Assembly: GCA_945877765.1 (NCBI GenBank)
Contig: CAMDWQ010000010.1
Span: 5,679 to 69,678, forward strand
DNA: 64,000 nucleotides
Source of the DNA: Candidatus Omnitrophota bacterium
GTDB taxonomy: Bacteria > Omnitrophota > Gorgyraeia > 2-02-FULL-51-18
Direction: 5' to 3'
The notes under the pieces were generated by a model. It worked only from the letters and a program-made list of their open reading frames with translations. It did no database searches and was not told the DNA's origin. Position numbers and translations under genes: made by a program. This document shows positions 1 to 10,375 of the stretch, in pieces. Position 1 is the first letter of the stretch; every line of letters starts with the position of its first letter.

Positions 1-247
1 GAACATCAAGGAAGCTACCGCAGACGCTTCGATCAAAAAGGGCGAAGTCATTAAGGGTGTTGTTGTTCGAACTAAAAATAAGATTCGCCGCAGCGACGGG
101 ACGTCGCTTCGCTTTGATTCAAACGCATTGGTAATTATCGATGCTCAAATGAATCCTCGTGGAACTCGTATTTTTGGACCTGTTCCCCGCGAACTTCGCG
201 ACAAAGGATTCATGAAAATTATTTCATTGGCACCGGAGGTTATTTAA
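1..247 (+). CDS. rplN: 50S ribosomal protein L14, 3' portion (gene starts upstream of window)
   Basis: Frame 2 reads ...[70 protein letters not shown] then TAA at 245-247. Sits in the conserved position before rplX. Confidence 0.9.
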   Translation, partial: NIKEATADASIKKGEVIKGVVVRTKNKIRRSDGTSLRFDSNALVIIDAQMNPRGTRIFGPVPRELRDKGFMKIISLAPEVI

Positions 248-249
248 GC

Positions 250-567
250 ATGTCACTAGGAATTCGCAAGGGCGACAAAGTAAAGATCATAGCCGGCCGC
301 GACAAAGGAAAAACAGGGAAAGTGATTCATGTTTATCCTAAAAAAGGCAGGGCGTTGGTTGAAGGTATCAACATGGCAAAAAAACATGTACGGCGCAGTC
401 AGCAAAATCCGCAAGGCGGCGTGTTGAGCAAGGAAATCCCTATTCAATTATCTAACTTAAGTCTATTGGACTCTAGCACCAACAAAACAACCCGTATCCA
501 GACGCTCGTGGCCAAGGATGGATCCAAACAAAGAGTAGCGGCAAAAAGTAAGGCGGTATTCGCTTAA
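250..567 (+). CDS. rplX: 50S ribosomal protein L24 (KOW domain)
   Basis: 105 aa; GDKVKIIAGRDKGKTGKVI KOW motif; operon position. Confidence 0.95.
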   Translation: MSLGIRKGDKVKIIAGRDKGKTGKVIHVYPKKGRALVEGINMAKKHVRRSQQNPQGGVLSKEIPIQLSNLSLLDSSTNKTTRIQTLVAKDGSKQRVAAKSKAVFA

Positions 568-570
568 ACC

Positions 571-1167
571 ATGGAAAGAAAACTGACAACTCTTCAAAAA
601 ATGTACGAGAAGGAACTAGTTCCCCAGCTGGTTAAAAAATATGGGTATCAGAACGCGATGGAGGCTCCGCGCCTCAAAAAGATTGTTGTGAATATGGGTG
701 TGGGAAAAGGCGCCGAGGATATTAAAATTGTTGAACAGGCGCAGAATGAACTATCAAATATCACGGGTCAGCGCGCGGTGATTACTCGCGCCAAGAAAGC
801 AGTTTCGAATTTTAAAATTCGTGAAAAATCTCCCGTTGGCTGCCGCGTCACGCTCAGACGCCGCATGATGTATGAATTTTTGGAAAGATTGACTCGTGTC
901 GCACTTCCTCGTGTCCGTGATTTTCGCGGGTTGAATCCACGCGGCTTTGATGAAGCGGGAAACTTTACTTGCGGTATCCACGAGCAGAATATTTTTCCTG
1001 AAATTGAGAGCGATAAGGTCACACGTACTCAAGGAATGGACATTACCTTTGTGATTAACTCCAAGTCAAGAGAGGCCTCCTACGAACTCTTGGCTCTCTT
1101 GGGCGTGCCTTTTAGGCAGCGTGTAGAGAAACCAGTAACCCCTAAGCCTCAAGTAGTATCGGCTTAA
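571..1167 (+). CDS. rplE: 50S ribosomal protein L5
   Basis: 198 aa with conserved L5 sequence; operon order. Confidence 0.95.
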   Translation: MERKLTTLQKMYEKELVPQLVKKYGYQNAMEAPRLKKIVVNMGVGKGAEDIKIVEQAQNELSNITGQRAVITRAKKAVSNFKIREKSPVGCRVTLRRRMMYEFLERLTRVALPRVRDFRGLNPRGFDEAGNFTCGIHEQNIFPEIESDKVTRTQGMDITFVINSKSREASYELLALLGVPFRQRVEKPVTPKPQVVSA

Positions 1168-1180
1168 AGCAGGAACAATC

Positions 1181-1366
1181 ATGGCCAAACTTTCTTTAAT
1201 TATCAAGCAGCAAAGGGCCCCCAAATTTAAGACACAGGCTTATAATCGGTGCCAGCAGTGCGGTAAGACGAGGGGATATTATCGTAAGTTTAAATTATGC
1301 AGGATCTGTCTTCGCGAATTAGCCTCCAAGGGAGACATTCCGGGAATGGTTAAAGCGAGCTGGTAG
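1181..1366 (+). CDS. rpsN: 30S ribosomal protein S14, type Z (zinc-ribbon short form)
   Basis: 61 aa with a CxxC...CxxC zinc ribbon (CQQCGK...CRIC). Confidence 0.95.
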   Translation: MAKLSLIIKQQRAPKFKTQAYNRCQQCGKTRGYYRKFKLCRICLRELASKGDIPGMVKASW

Positions 1367-1429
1367 CAATAAAGAGAAAATATAAAAGATTAAAAATTAA
1401 AGATTAAAAAAGATAAAAGGGAAAAAAGT

Positions 1430-1828
1430 ATGTCGCTAAGTGATTCAATTGCAGATGGTTTGACGTGTATTCGAAACGCTAATCGCGTAAAAAAAGAGCG
1501 GGTAGACATCAAGGCCTCCAAAGCGCTTGTTGAGATCTTAAAAGTGATGCGCCAAGAGCGTTTCATCTATGATTATCGTTTGATTGACGATAAAAAACAG
1601 GGTATTTTACGTATTTATCTTCGCAAAGCCAGCGAGTCATTAAGAAAAATTAATAAGATAGTACGGGTTTCGCGCCCGGGCCTGCGTATTTATACGCAGA
1701 AAAGTGAAATACCAACCGTATTAAATGGTTTTGGAATTTGTATTCTGTCTACTCCCCAAGGCATTCTTTCTGGTGATGAGGCCCGAAAAAGAAATGTTGG
1801 CGGGGAAGTACTCGCAAAGGTCTGGTAG
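1430..1828 (+). CDS. rpsH: 30S ribosomal protein S8
   Basis: 132 aa; S8 signature; operon order. Confidence 0.95.
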   Translation: MSLSDSIADGLTCIRNANRVKKERVDIKASKALVEILKVMRQERFIYDYRLIDDKKQGILRIYLRKASESLRKINKIVRVSRPGLRIYTQKSEIPTVLNGFGICILSTPQGILSGDEARKRNVGGEVLAKVW

Positions 1829-1831
1829 ATT

Positions 1832-2371
1832 ATGTCAAGAGTCGGAAAAAAACCTATTGAGATACCAAAGGCAGTCAAGCTTTCTTTGGATCATGCAATG
1901 GTCAATGTGGAAGGCCCCAAGGGAAAACTTTCATTTCGTGTGAACTCACGAGTAAAAGCCTCTTCCAAAGAAGGCGTATTTACCGTACTTCCTTTTAGTG
2001 ACTCAAAAGTTGATCGTGCTCTTCAAGGGACTACACGTAGCTGTGTTTTTAATATGATTAAGGGTGTTACCGATGGATTTTCGAAAGAATTAACCATTGA
2101 GGGTGTCGGATTCAAAGCGGCAATTCAGGGCAAGTCTCTTAATTTGGCGCTTGGATTCACACACCCCGTTATATTTAACGTACCTGAAGGATTGACGGTT
2201 GAAACTCCAAAGCCCACAATTATTGTGGTCAAGGGTATTGATAAAGTGCTTGTCGGCCAATTCGCCGCCAAGATTCGTAAAGTATACGAAGCGGAACCTT
2301 ATAAGGGCAAAGGCGTACGCTATACAGGCGAAGTGGTTCGAAGAAAAGCCGGAAAGACGGTAACCAAATAA
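1832..2371 (+). CDS. rplF: 50S ribosomal protein L6
   Basis: 179 aa; operon order. Confidence 0.95.
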   Translation: MSRVGKKPIEIPKAVKLSLDHAMVNVEGPKGKLSFRVNSRVKASSKEGVFTVLPFSDSKVDRALQGTTRSCVFNMIKGVTDGFSKELTIEGVGFKAAIQGKSLNLALGFTHPVIFNVPEGLTVETPKPTIIVVKGIDKVLVGQFAAKIRKVYEAEPYKGKGVRYTGEVVRRKAGKTVTK

Positions 2372-2745
2372 TGAGACCAAAGATTAGAGAGAATTCGAGC
2401 CGTATCATTCGCCATTACCGTTTGCGTAAAAAAGTAGTGGGAACACCAGAACGACCAAGGCTTTGTCTATCACCAAGCATCAAGCATCTTGAAGCTCAAG
2501 TCATCAATGACTATGATCAAAAAACTTTGTTTGGAATTTCTACCAAATCGGAAGAATTTCAGAAAAAGTCAGGGATTAAATGCACGGGCAATGTGAAGGC
2601 AGCCGAAGCATTTGGAAAATATTTTGCCGAGCAAGCGAAAGCTAAGGGCATCTTGAAGGTAGCCCTAGATCGCTCGGGATTTTTGTACCATGGTCGCGTG
2701 AAGGCATTTGCCGAAGCGGCCCGGGCTCAAGGTCTTTCGTTTTAA
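2371..2745 (+). CDS. rplR: 50S ribosomal protein L18
   Basis: 124 aa; start overlaps the rplF stop; operon order. Confidence 0.9.
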   Translation: MRPKIRENSSRIIRHYRLRKKVVGTPERPRLCLSPSIKHLEAQVINDYDQKTLFGISTKSEEFQKKSGIKCTGNVKAAEAFGKYFAEQAKAKGILKVALDRSGFLYHGRVKAFAEAARAQGLSF

Positions 2746-2768
2746 CAAACAACCAAAAGGACTCTTTC

Positions 2769-3380
2769 GTGGATAAAAAAGATTTTAAACCTAAAGGCAT
2801 GGGAAAAGCACCAGCTAATTCCGATGTTATCAATACACCGTTAAATCAGGCAGCTGTTAGCGCCGTCGCGGCTGAGGTTGTTGAGACGGTAAAAAAGAAA
2901 GACCGACGCCCCCGTCGTAATAGCCAACAAGAAACTCAATCTGAGTTTATGGAAAAGGTTGTGGCTGTAAACCGAGTTGCCAAGGTAGTAAAAGGTGGAA
3001 AAAGATTTTCTTTCTCAGCTTTGGTAGTGATGGGCGACATGAAAGGACGCGTTGGTTTTGGACTGGGCAAAGCCAATGAAGTTCAGGATGCCATCCGAAA
3101 GGGAATTTTTCAGGCAAAAAAAAGTATGTTTAATGTCCGCATCAAGGGAACGACAATTCCTCATGAAGTCATGGGGCATTTCGGGGCGGCTAGAGTTTTA
3201 ATGAAGCCGGCGATGCCTGGAACTGGCGTTATTTCTGGGGGTGCTGTTCGCGCGGTGTGCGAATCCGCTGGGATTAAAGATATTTTAACGAAGTCACTCG
3301 GGTCCGATAATGCTCTCAATGTCGTGAGAGCCACGGCCGATGGTTTGATGCAGTTAATGGAGAGTACGACCAATGCTTGA
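2769..3380 (+). CDS. rpsE: 30S ribosomal protein S5, with a roughly 50-aa N-terminal extension
   Basis: 203 aa; core [25 protein letters not shown]...; the N-terminal Lys/Arg-rich extension is atypical. Confidence 0.9.
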   Translation: MDKKDFKPKGMGKAPANSDVINTPLNQAAVSAVAAEVVETVKKKDRRPRRNSQQETQSEFMEKVVAVNRVAKVVKGGKRFSFSALVVMGDMKGRVGFGLGKANEVQDAIRKGIFQAKKSMFNVRIKGTTIPHEVMGHFGAARVLMKPAMPGTGVISGGAVRAVCESAGIKDILTKSLGSDNALNVVRATADGLMQLMESTTNA

Positions 3381-3843
3381 TCAGCTAAAAAGACCCAAAG
3401 GGGCAAAAAAAAGACATAAAGTGGTGGGTCGCGGGCGCGGTTCAGGACATGGCAGAACCTCAGGACGCGGAAACAAAGGTCAAAACTCTCGTGCTTCAGG
3501 CGGAGTGCGTCCCGGATTCGAAGGTGGGCAGATGCCTCTTATACGTCGTATCCCCAAGCGCGGATTTACGTTTACGCCAAAAGCAAAATATGAAGTCGTT
3601 TCCTTGGAAAGTCTTTCAAAATTTAGTGCTGGTACTGAAATTACGCCCGAATTTTTGAAATCGGCTCGGTTGGTCAATCGCAAGGACCCCAAAGTTAAAA
3701 TTTTGGGAGACGGCATGCTCAAGCATGCATTGACGATTAAAGCGCACGCTTTTTCGAAATCCGCCCTTGAGAAAATTAAAAAATCCGGCGGCAAGGCCCA
3801 TATCATCGCAGCGGCCGGAAGTTCGGAACCCTCGGCGTCCTAA
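3373..3843 (+). CDS. rplO: 50S ribosomal protein L15
   Basis: 156 aa; Gly/Arg-rich N-terminus; overlaps rpsE by 8 nt, with no L30 gene between them. Confidence 0.9.
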   Translation: MLDQLKRPKGAKKRHKVVGRGRGSGHGRTSGRGNKGQNSRASGGVRPGFEGGQMPLIRRIPKRGFTFTPKAKYEVVSLESLSKFSAGTEITPEFLKSARLVNRKDPKVKILGDGMLKHALTIKAHAFSKSALEKIKKSGGKAHIIAAAGSSEPSAS

Positions 3844-5210
3844 TGCTCCAGGCATTTGTCGATTCGTTTAAAATTCCGGATTTAAAAAAGAAAATATTAA
3901 TTACATTTGGTATTTTTATTGTCTACCGCCTTGGCACATTTATTCCGACACCCGGGATTGATGGAGCGAAGCTGGCGATTTTCTTTGATAATTTAACCAG
4001 GACCCAGGGCAACAATTTGTTTGGGGTCATGAATTTATTTTCGGGCGGAGCGATTCACCGTTTGACGATTTTTGCATTAGGGATCATGCCTTATATTTCA
4101 AGCTCCATTATCATGCAGCTTTTGACAGTCGTGATTCCTGCTCTTGAAAAAACCGCCAAAGAAGGTGAGATGGGCCGCCGTAAAATTAATCAGTACACTC
4201 GTTACGGCACGATCATTCTTTCAATTATCCAGTCATTTTTTATCGCGTTATGGCTAGAAAATCCAGCGCGTTTTGGCGGCCTTGAGATCGTTCAGTTTCC
4301 TGGCTGGTCGTTTCGTCTGCTAACGGTATTAACGTTGACCACTGGTTCAGCATTTATTATGTGGCTGGGTGAGCAGATTCAGGAAAAGGGTATCGGCAAC
4401 GGGATGTCTCTTTTGATTACCGTGGGTATTTTGTCGAGGGTCCCAACGGCTGCTTTTCAGATGATTGAGCTGATGAAGCCGGGACATGCGGCTGCAAGCG
4501 GTGCGGGCCAGGTGGATGCGATTAAAATTATTTTTATGCTGGGTATTATGGTTGCCTCCATCATGGCGGTAGTGCTTTTGACTCAGGGCGAACGAAAGAT
4601 TCCCGTTCAATACGCCAAGCGCGTGGTGGGGCGTAAGGTGTTTGGTGGACAGTCCACTTTTATTCCTTTTAAGGTCAATAACGGTGGCGTCATGCCGATT
4701 ATTTTTGCGCAGTCTATTATTTTATTTCCAGCAACAATCGGTGTATTTGTGCCGAACCAATTTATTCAGCAGGCAGCATCAGCTCTTTCGCACGGGCATG
4801 TTGGGTACCAGTTATCCATCATGTTTTTGATTGTATTTTTTAGCTATTTCTATACGGCTATTGCCTTTAATCCAGTGGATGTGGCCGAGAATATGAAGAA
4901 ATACGGAGGCTTTATTCCTGGGGTGCGTCCGGGGACGCCAACAGTAGAATACTTTGACTACATCATTAATCGCATCACATTACCGGGCGGAATTTTTTTA
5001 GCAATCGTTGCAGTGACGCCTGATTTTCTAAGTTATGCTCTGCGTATTCCACCTCAAATTGCGGATTTCTTTGGCGGCACTGCGCTTCTGATTGTCGTGG
5101 GCGTCAGTCTTGATACGATTAAGCAAATTGAGTCGCAGCTCATTATGAGACACTATGAAGGATTTATGAAGCACGGCCGCATCAAAGGTAGACAGCGGGC
5201 GGCTTATTAA
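3843..5210 (+). CDS. secY: Preprotein translocase subunit SecY
   Basis: 455 aa polytopic membrane protein; conserved position after rplO. Confidence 0.95.
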   Translation: MLQAFVDSFKIPDLKKKILITFGIFIVYRLGTFIPTPGIDGAKLAIFFDNLTRTQGNNLFGVMNLFSGGAIHRLTIFALGIMPYISSSIIMQLLTVVIPALEKTAKEGEMGRRKINQYTRYGTIILSIIQSFFIALWLENPARFGGLEIVQFPGWSFRLLTVLTLTTGSAFIMWLGEQIQEKGIGNGMSLLITVGILSRVPTAAFQMIELMKPGHAAASGAGQVDAIKIIFMLGIMVASIMAVVLLTQGERKIPVQYAKRVVGRKVFGGQSTFIPFKVNNGGVMPIIFAQSIILFPATIGVFVPNQFIQQAASALSHGHVGYQLSIMFLIVFFSYFYTAIAFNPVDVAENMKKYGGFIPGVRPGTPTVEYFDYIINRITLPGGIFLAIVAVTPDFLSYALRIPPQIADFFGGTALLIVVGVSLDTIKQIESQLIMRHYEGFMKHGRIKGRQRAAY

Positions 5211-5228
5211 TAATTTAAGGAAGACTGT

Positions 5229-5909
5229 ATGAGGCTTGTTCTTCTAGGCCCTCCGGGCGCAGGCAAAGGAACGCAAGCGCAGGTTCTTTCTAAGGATTTA
5301 AATATTCCGCATATCTCAACGGGGGATATGCTCAGAGAAGCATTGCGAGCAGCTTCTCCTCTAGGGTTGAAGGCTAAAGGGTATATGGATCAGGGGGCTT
5401 TGGTACCCGATGACCTGGTGATTGAGCTTGTCAGGGAAAGGCTCTCGAAGCCGGACGCTGCTAAAGGATTTATTTTAGATGGTTTTCCGCGAACAGCAGA
5501 GCAGGGTGAGAGCCTCGGGAAAATGCTTGCAGGCTTAAGCATGCCTCTGGATGTCACGCTTTATTTTAAAACAAGCATGCTTGTCATTATTCGCCGCTTA
5601 GGTGGGCGTAGAATTTGCAGTAAGTGTGGTAAGACATACCACATGACCAATTTTCGACCGAAGGTTGATGGGGTTTGTGATGTTTGCCAGGGAAGCCTGA
5701 TGCAAAGACCCGATGACCGCGAAGAAGCGATTGAAAATCGCCTTGTAGTTTACGAGAAACAAACAGCACCGCTCATTGATTATTATAAAAAGAAAAATCT
5801 TCTTGAGGAGATTTCAGGCGACCTGGAAGTGGACGACCTGAACATCGCTCTAGAAATTATCTTTAAGAAAAGAAACCTTGTCGGGAATAGAATACAAAAC
5901 GCCGGCTGA
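5229..5909 (+). CDS. adk: Adenylate kinase (zinc-binding lid, CxxC...CxxC)
   Basis: GPPGAGKGTQA P-loop; lid CSKCGK...CDVCQ. Confidence 0.9.
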   Translation: MRLVLLGPPGAGKGTQAQVLSKDLNIPHISTGDMLREALRAASPLGLKAKGYMDQGALVPDDLVIELVRERLSKPDAAKGFILDGFPRTAEQGESLGKMLAGLSMPLDVTLYFKTSMLVIIRRLGGRRICSKCGKTYHMTNFRPKVDGVCDVCQGSLMQRPDDREEAIENRLVVYEKQTAPLIDYYKKKNLLEEISGDLEVDDLNIALEIIFKKRNLVGNRIQNAG

Positions 5910-6627
5910 GTTGTCCAAGATGCGTCAAGCAGGGCGCATTGTTTCTGAGCTATTAAAGCTCATGGAAAAAGAAGCCAAGCCTGGGGTAAAGACAATCACC
6001 TTGGACAAAATTGCGGAAGATTTTATCCGCTCTCAAGGCGCGCTGCCAGCGTTTAAGGGGTATTACGGCTTTCCGGCATCCATTTGCGCCTCAGTGAATG
6101 AAGAGGTTGTTCATGGAATACCGGGCCAAAAAATATTAAAAGATGGCGATGTCATTGGTATTGATGTCGGCGTTAAGCTTGATGGTTATTTTTCAGATGC
6201 AGCGCGAACATTTGGTATTGGAGTGGTGGATGCCGAAAGTCGCAAGCTCATGGAAGTAACACGAGCGGCTATGAATGAAGGAATAAGGCAAGCGGTGATT
6301 GGAAATCACGTATCTGATATTTCATGGGCCGTCCAGTCTTATGCCGAAAAAAATGGCCTCTCCGTGGTGCGTCAGTATGTAGGACACGGGATCGGCAGGA
6401 ATCTTCACGAAGATCCTCAGGTGCCCAATTTTGGAAAACCGCACCAGGGACCGAAACTCGTGGAGGGGATGGCGCTGGCGATTGAGCCGATGCTAAATTT
6501 GGGCACGGCTGATGTTGAAGTATTGAAGGATGGGTGGACGGTAGTCACCAAGGACGGCAAACGCTCAGGTCATTTTGAGCAAACAATTTTTGTAGGAAAG
6601 AATCAAGCCGAAGTAGTAACGGCATAA
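5878..6627 (+). CDS. map: Methionine aminopeptidase type I
   Basis: 249 aa; KTPAELSKMRQAG N-terminus and conserved metal-binding residues; overlaps the adk 3' end by 32 nt. Confidence 0.9.
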   Translation: MSGIEYKTPAELSKMRQAGRIVSELLKLMEKEAKPGVKTITLDKIAEDFIRSQGALPAFKGYYGFPASICASVNEEVVHGIPGQKILKDGDVIGIDVGVKLDGYFSDAARTFGIGVVDAESRKLMEVTRAAMNEGIRQAVIGNHVSDISWAVQSYAEKNGLSVVRQYVGHGIGRNLHEDPQVPNFGKPHQGPKLVEGMALAIEPMLNLGTADVEVLKDGWTVVTKDGKRSGHFEQTIFVGKNQAEVVTA

Positions 6628-6648
6628 CAGGTTTAGGGAGATTTAGGG

Positions 6649-6867
6649 ATGGCTAAAGAAGAAGCGATACAAGTCGAAGGAACCGTGAAGGAGTCGCTTC
6701 CCAATGCCATGTTTCGCGTAGAGCTTGAAAATCAACACTTGGTTTTAGCGCATGTGTCGGGTAAGATGCGTATGAATTTCATTCGTATACTTCCCGGGGA
6801 CAAGGTGATGTTGGAGTTATCACCGTATGATTTGACGCGCGGGCGTATTATTTACCGCGTGAAATGA
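6649..6867 (+). CDS. infA: Translation initiation factor IF-1
   Basis: 72 aa S1-like OB fold; [40 protein letters not shown]. Confidence 0.95.
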   Translation: MAKEEAIQVEGTVKESLPNAMFRVELENQHLVLAHVSGKMRMNFIRILPGDKVMLELSPYDLTRGRIIYRVK

Positions 6868-6877
6868 CAGCGTAGCT

Positions 6878-6942
6878 GTCATCCCCGAAGTGTTTGATCG
6901 GGGATCGTAATTAAGCTTGATTCCCGCTTTCGCGGGAATGAC
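6878..6942. repeat. REP family A doublet: GTCATCCCCGAagtgtttgaTCGGGGATC followed by the short variant GATTCCCGCtttcGCGGGAATGAC
   Basis: Two 8-bp-stem hairpins in the infA-rpmJ spacer. The same palindromic unit recurs at 7 other loci in the window. Confidence 0.8.
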
Positions 6943-6957
6943 ATTTGGAGAATCAAA

Positions 6958-7071
6958 ATGAAAGTAAGAGCGAGCGTTAAGAAAATTTGTGAACACTGCA
7001 AAATTGTGCGGCGCAAGAGGGTTGTGCGCGTGATTTGCTCTAATCCCAAACACAAACAAAGACAAGGATAA
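6958..7071 (+). CDS. rpmJ: 50S ribosomal protein L36
   Basis: [37 protein letters not shown]; under 60 aa, so missing from the ORF track. Confidence 0.9.
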   Translation: MKVRASVKKICEHCKIVRRKRVVRVICSNPKHKQRQG

Positions 7072-7079
7072 TTACCGAT

Positions 7080-7496
7080 ATGCCGAGAATTGCCGGGGTC
7101 GATCTCCCAAAGGAAAAAAAGATTTATGTCTCTTTAAGTTATATTTACGGAATCGGCCGTCATAATTCGCTGGATATTTTAAAACAAGCGAGAATTAATC
7201 CGGATGTACGCGCTAAAAATCTTACCGATGAGGAAGCCTCCAGGATTGCAGCCATCATCCAAAAGGATTACAAAGTCGAAGGAAATTTGCGACGCGATTT
7301 AGCCTTGAATATCAAGCGTTTGATGGATATTCAATCCTATCGTGGAAGCCGTCACAAAAGAAGTCTACCCGTACGCGGTCAGAGAACACGTACGAATGCC
7401 AGAACGCGTAAGGGACCAAAGAAGACGATCGGCGCTCAGAGGAAAAAAGAAACGGCACCCGCCGCCAAACCCGCAGCTGCGTCGAAAGCTAAATAG
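7080..7496 (+). CDS. rpsM: 30S ribosomal protein S13
   Basis: 138 aa; [26 protein letters not shown]. Confidence 0.95.
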   Translation: MPRIAGVDLPKEKKIYVSLSYIYGIGRHNSLDILKQARINPDVRAKNLTDEEASRIAAIIQKDYKVEGNLRRDLALNIKRLMDIQSYRGSRHKRSLPVRGQRTRTNARTRKGPKKTIGAQRKKETAPAAKPAAASKAK

Positions 7497-7511
7497 GAGG
7501 AAGTAAAGTAA

Positions 7512-7904
7512 GTGGCGAAAGCAAAAAAGTTTAAATCCAGAAAAAAAGTAGTAAGGAACGTCACTGAAGGTGTGGCTCACATCTTAGCAACGTTTAATAA
7601 TACACAGGTCACGATCACCGATCGTACAGGCAATGTGGTGTCTTGGGCAAGCTGTGGGTCATCGGGATTTTCAGGATCAAAGAAATCAACGCCCTTTGCG
7701 GCGCAGGTTGCTGCCGAACAGGCGGCTAAGAAATCTTTGGAGCATGGGATGAAAACCGTTGAAGTTTATGTCAAGGGTCCTGGCTCTGGAAGAGAATCTG
7801 CGATTCGCGCTTTGCAGGCCGCGGGTCTTTCAATTAGTTTGATTAAGGATGTGACGCCTATTCCGCACAACGGATGCCGTCCTCCCAAGAGAAGGAGAGT
7901 CTGA
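7512..7904 (+). CDS. rpsK: 30S ribosomal protein S11 (GTG start)
   Basis: 130 aa; AGGAGG ribosome-binding site 12 nt upstream. Confidence 0.93.
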   Translation: MAKAKKFKSRKKVVRNVTEGVAHILATFNNTQVTITDRTGNVVSWASCGSSGFSGSKKSTPFAAQVAAEQAAKKSLEHGMKTVEVYVKGPGSGRESAIRALQAAGLSISLIKDVTPIPHNGCRPPKRRRV

Positions 7905-7905
7905 T

Positions 7906-8529
7906 ATGGGCCGCTATACTGGTCCCGCGTGGCGTTTGAGCCGTCGGGAAAAAATAGATCTTTTCCCACGGAGCTCTTTGGGTTCCAAGTCGAAGTTTCA
8001 GGAGCGCAGCGATGTGCCCCCGGGCATGCATGGACTCAACCGGCAGAAGCTTTCCAACTATGGCTTGCAGCTGCGTGAGAAGCAAAAAGTAAAACGCATT
8101 TATGGTGTTTACGAAAAACAGTTTCGTAATTACTACGAGAAGGCAGCCAAATCTAAAGGCGTGACCGGTGTGACGCTTTTAGTGCTTTTGGAGCGTCGTC
8201 TGGACAATGTGATTTACCGTATGGGCATTGTCAATTCTCGCCGCCAATCTCGTCAGGCGGTAAGCCACGGTCATGTGCAGGTGAATGGCCGTAAAACGGA
8301 TGTGCCCTCTTTTCAAGTTGGCATCAATGATGTGATTACTATTCACACGGGCGACAAGATGAAGGAAACATTCAAAAAAGCTTTTGAGCAACACCGGGAT
8401 ACCGATGCTACTAATTGGCTGACAGTGGATATTGAAAATTTTAAGGCCACCGTCAAAAAGCTTCCCGAAAGAACCGATGTGCACATGCCAATTCAGGAAC
8501 AGCTAATCGTCGAACTTTATTCTAAATAA
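7906..8529 (+). CDS. rpsD: 30S ribosomal protein S4
   Basis: 207 aa with an S4 domain. Confidence 0.95.
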   Translation: MGRYTGPAWRLSRREKIDLFPRSSLGSKSKFQERSDVPPGMHGLNRQKLSNYGLQLREKQKVKRIYGVYEKQFRNYYEKAAKSKGVTGVTLLVLLERRLDNVIYRMGIVNSRRQSRQAVSHGHVQVNGRKTDVPSFQVGINDVITIHTGDKMKETFKKAFEQHRDTDATNWLTVDIENFKATVKKLPERTDVHMPIQEQLIVELYSK

Positions 8530-8604
8530 GAGCAAGGCGTCCGATACTGCGGCGGGACGAATGCGTCGCCGCGGAAATGAGCAATCTTTTAAAGGAGAAA
8601 TATC

Positions 8605-9609
8605 ATGGGGATAGCGTTAAGATCGTTTGAAATACCCAAAAAACTCGAATGCGATGAAGAATCGCTGACAAATTTTTACGGCAAGTTTTTGGCCGAACCG
8701 TTTGAACGGGGCTACGGAGTCACGATTGGAAATTCCTTGCGGCGTGTTTTGTTGTCATCGCTGGAAGGCTCTGCTGTCGTTACTATCAAAATCGAAGGCG
8801 TTTCGCACGAATTTGGAACGCTTCCTGGTGTGGTGGAGGATGTTACAGAGATCATTTTGAACATCAAGAATCTTGTGCTGCGCTCTCATACGCGCTCACC
8901 CAAGACTCTGCGTATCGAAGTGAACGAAAAAGGCGCTGTTACCGCCAAAGACATCATCACCGACGATACGATTGAGGTTGTAAACCCCGAACTTCATATT
9001 GCAACACTAACCAAGAACGTCCCTTTTCGCATGGAACTTGAAGTCCAGAAGGGCCGTGGTTATGTTCCTGCAGACCGCAATAAAAAAGAGGGTCAACCGA
9101 TCGGAGTCATCGCCATTGATTCGATATTTACTCCGGTAAAGCGCGTTAATTTCCATGTGGAAGATACGCGCGTTGGACAAATGACGGATTATGACAAATT
9201 GATCATGGAAGTCTGGACCAACGGAAGCATCAGCCCTAAAGATGCGATGCTTTTTGCCTCCAATATTTTCCAGAGACATTTGGATGTGTTTGTTAATTTC
9301 GGTAAGCTTCCGGAAGAAGAGACGGCAGCCGATATAACCGATGACAAAGAAAGAGATTTTTATAAGAGACTTGGGCAGCCTGTTTCAGAGCTCGAGCTGT
9401 CGGTGAGAAGCGCTAATTGTTTGCGCGAGGCCAACATTAAGACGATCGGGGATCTTGTATTCAAGAGCGAGATGGAAATGCTTAAATACCGGAATTTTGG
9501 CAAGAAATCTCTCACTGAAATTACCAATATCCTTAAAGAGATGGGTCTTGGATTTGGTGTAAGTTTGGACGCAGATAAGTTGAAGCAATACACCGGAGAG
9601 TCGCAATAA
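8605..9609 (+). CDS. rpoA: DNA-directed RNA polymerase subunit alpha
   Basis: 334 aa; N-terminal dimerisation domain plus C-terminal domain (ELELSVRSANCLREANIKTIGDL). Confidence 0.95.
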   Translation: MGIALRSFEIPKKLECDEESLTNFYGKFLAEPFERGYGVTIGNSLRRVLLSSLEGSAVVTIKIEGVSHEFGTLPGVVEDVTEIILNIKNLVLRSHTRSPKTLRIEVNEKGAVTAKDIITDDTIEVVNPELHIATLTKNVPFRMELEVQKGRGYVPADRNKKEGQPIGVIAIDSIFTPVKRVNFHVEDTRVGQMTDYDKLIMEVWTNGSISPKDAMLFASNIFQRHLDVFVNFGKLPEEETAADITDDKERDFYKRLGQPVSELELSVRSANCLREANIKTIGDLVFKSEMEMLKYRNFGKKSLTEITNILKEMGLGFGVSLDADKLKQYTGESQ

Positions 9610-10181
9610 TGAGACACAATCGCCGCAGCAAACGTTTCGGCCGCAGCTTGGCTGAGAGACGCGCGATGCTGGAGAACATGGTCACGAGTCTAATTTCCCA
9701 TCAGCAGATCACGACGACGCTGGCGAAGGCTAAGGAAGCGAAGCGCCTGGCAGACCGAGTGATTCACTTGGGAAAGACGGATTCGTTGGCTGCTCGCCGG
9801 CGTGTTTTTGCGTACCTTCAGGACCACACGCTAACGTCGAAAATTTTTACCGAAGTAGCGCCTCGTTTTAAGAGCCGTGAGGGAGGGTATACTCGAATTC
9901 TGCAACTTTCCCGCCGTAAAGGGGATGGGGCACAATTAGCTCTTTTGGAGCTCACGGAAAAAGAAATTAAAGTTAAGACCGTGGTGAAAAAGAAAAAGAA
10001 AGAGGATGTTTCTCAAGAGCATGACCATTCAAAACATGATCATGACCATGAACACGGTCACGACCATGAGGGGAAAGCGAAGGCGAAGCCTGACGCTGCC
10101 CCCACGAAGGGGAAAGGCTCTCAAAAGTCCGGCTTCTTAAAAAACATTGGTACGTTTTTTAGAAAGCAGGGAGGGAACTAA
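9609..10181 (+). CDS. rplQ: 50S ribosomal protein L17 with a roughly 60-aa His/Asp/Lys-rich C-terminal extension
   Basis: 190 aa against a typical length near 120; tail HDHSKHDHDHEHGHDHEGKAKAK. Confidence 0.9.
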   Translation: MRHNRRSKRFGRSLAERRAMLENMVTSLISHQQITTTLAKAKEAKRLADRVIHLGKTDSLAARRRVFAYLQDHTLTSKIFTEVAPRFKSREGGYTRILQLSRRKGDGAQLALLELTEKEIKVKTVVKKKKKEDVSQEHDHSKHDHDHEHGHDHEGKAKAKPDAAPTKGKGSQKSGFLKNIGTFFRKQGGN

Positions 10182-10202
10182 GAAACTATATCGTGTCATG
10201 TG

Positions 10203-10260
10203 TCATCCCCGAGATCTTTAATCGGGGATCAAGTATGATTCCCGCTTTTGCGGGAATGAC
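10203..10260. repeat. REP family A doublet (GTCATCCCCGAgatctttaaTCGGGGATCA plus TGATTCCCGCttttGCGGGAATGAC)
   Basis: Palindromic units immediately after the rplQ stop. Confidence 0.8.
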
Positions 10261-10268
10261 AATGGAAG

Positions 10269-10305
10269 AGAGCCTCTTTTGTTTAAGCGCAAAAGAGGCT
10301 TTTTT
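10269..10305 (+). terminator. Rho-independent terminator of the ribosomal/rpoA operon
   Basis: GAGCCTCTTTTG / CAAAAGAGGCT stem with loop tttaagcg, followed by TTTTTT. Confidence 0.65.
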
Positions 10306-10375
10306 GCTATAATATTTTCTGGTTTTTCGAGCCGGAGGCGGGTCCCTCTTTGGCGGATAATCACACAAATACCTT

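Noticed and set aside
754-1032. Antisense ORFs within ribosomal protein genes, for example 754..1032 (-), 768..1022 (-), 2090..2380 (-), 3480..3806 (-), 3616..3855 (-), 4347..4610 (-).
   Set aside because: They lie opposite highly conserved genes, have no ribosome-binding site, and give low-complexity or Arg-rich translations. They are shadow ORFs.
8530-8604. An imperfect GC-rich hairpin (CTGCGGCGGGACG...CGTCGCCGCGG) between rpsD and rpoA, considered as a possible attenuator.
   Set aside because: The stem is imperfect and has no T-run; the evidence is insufficient.
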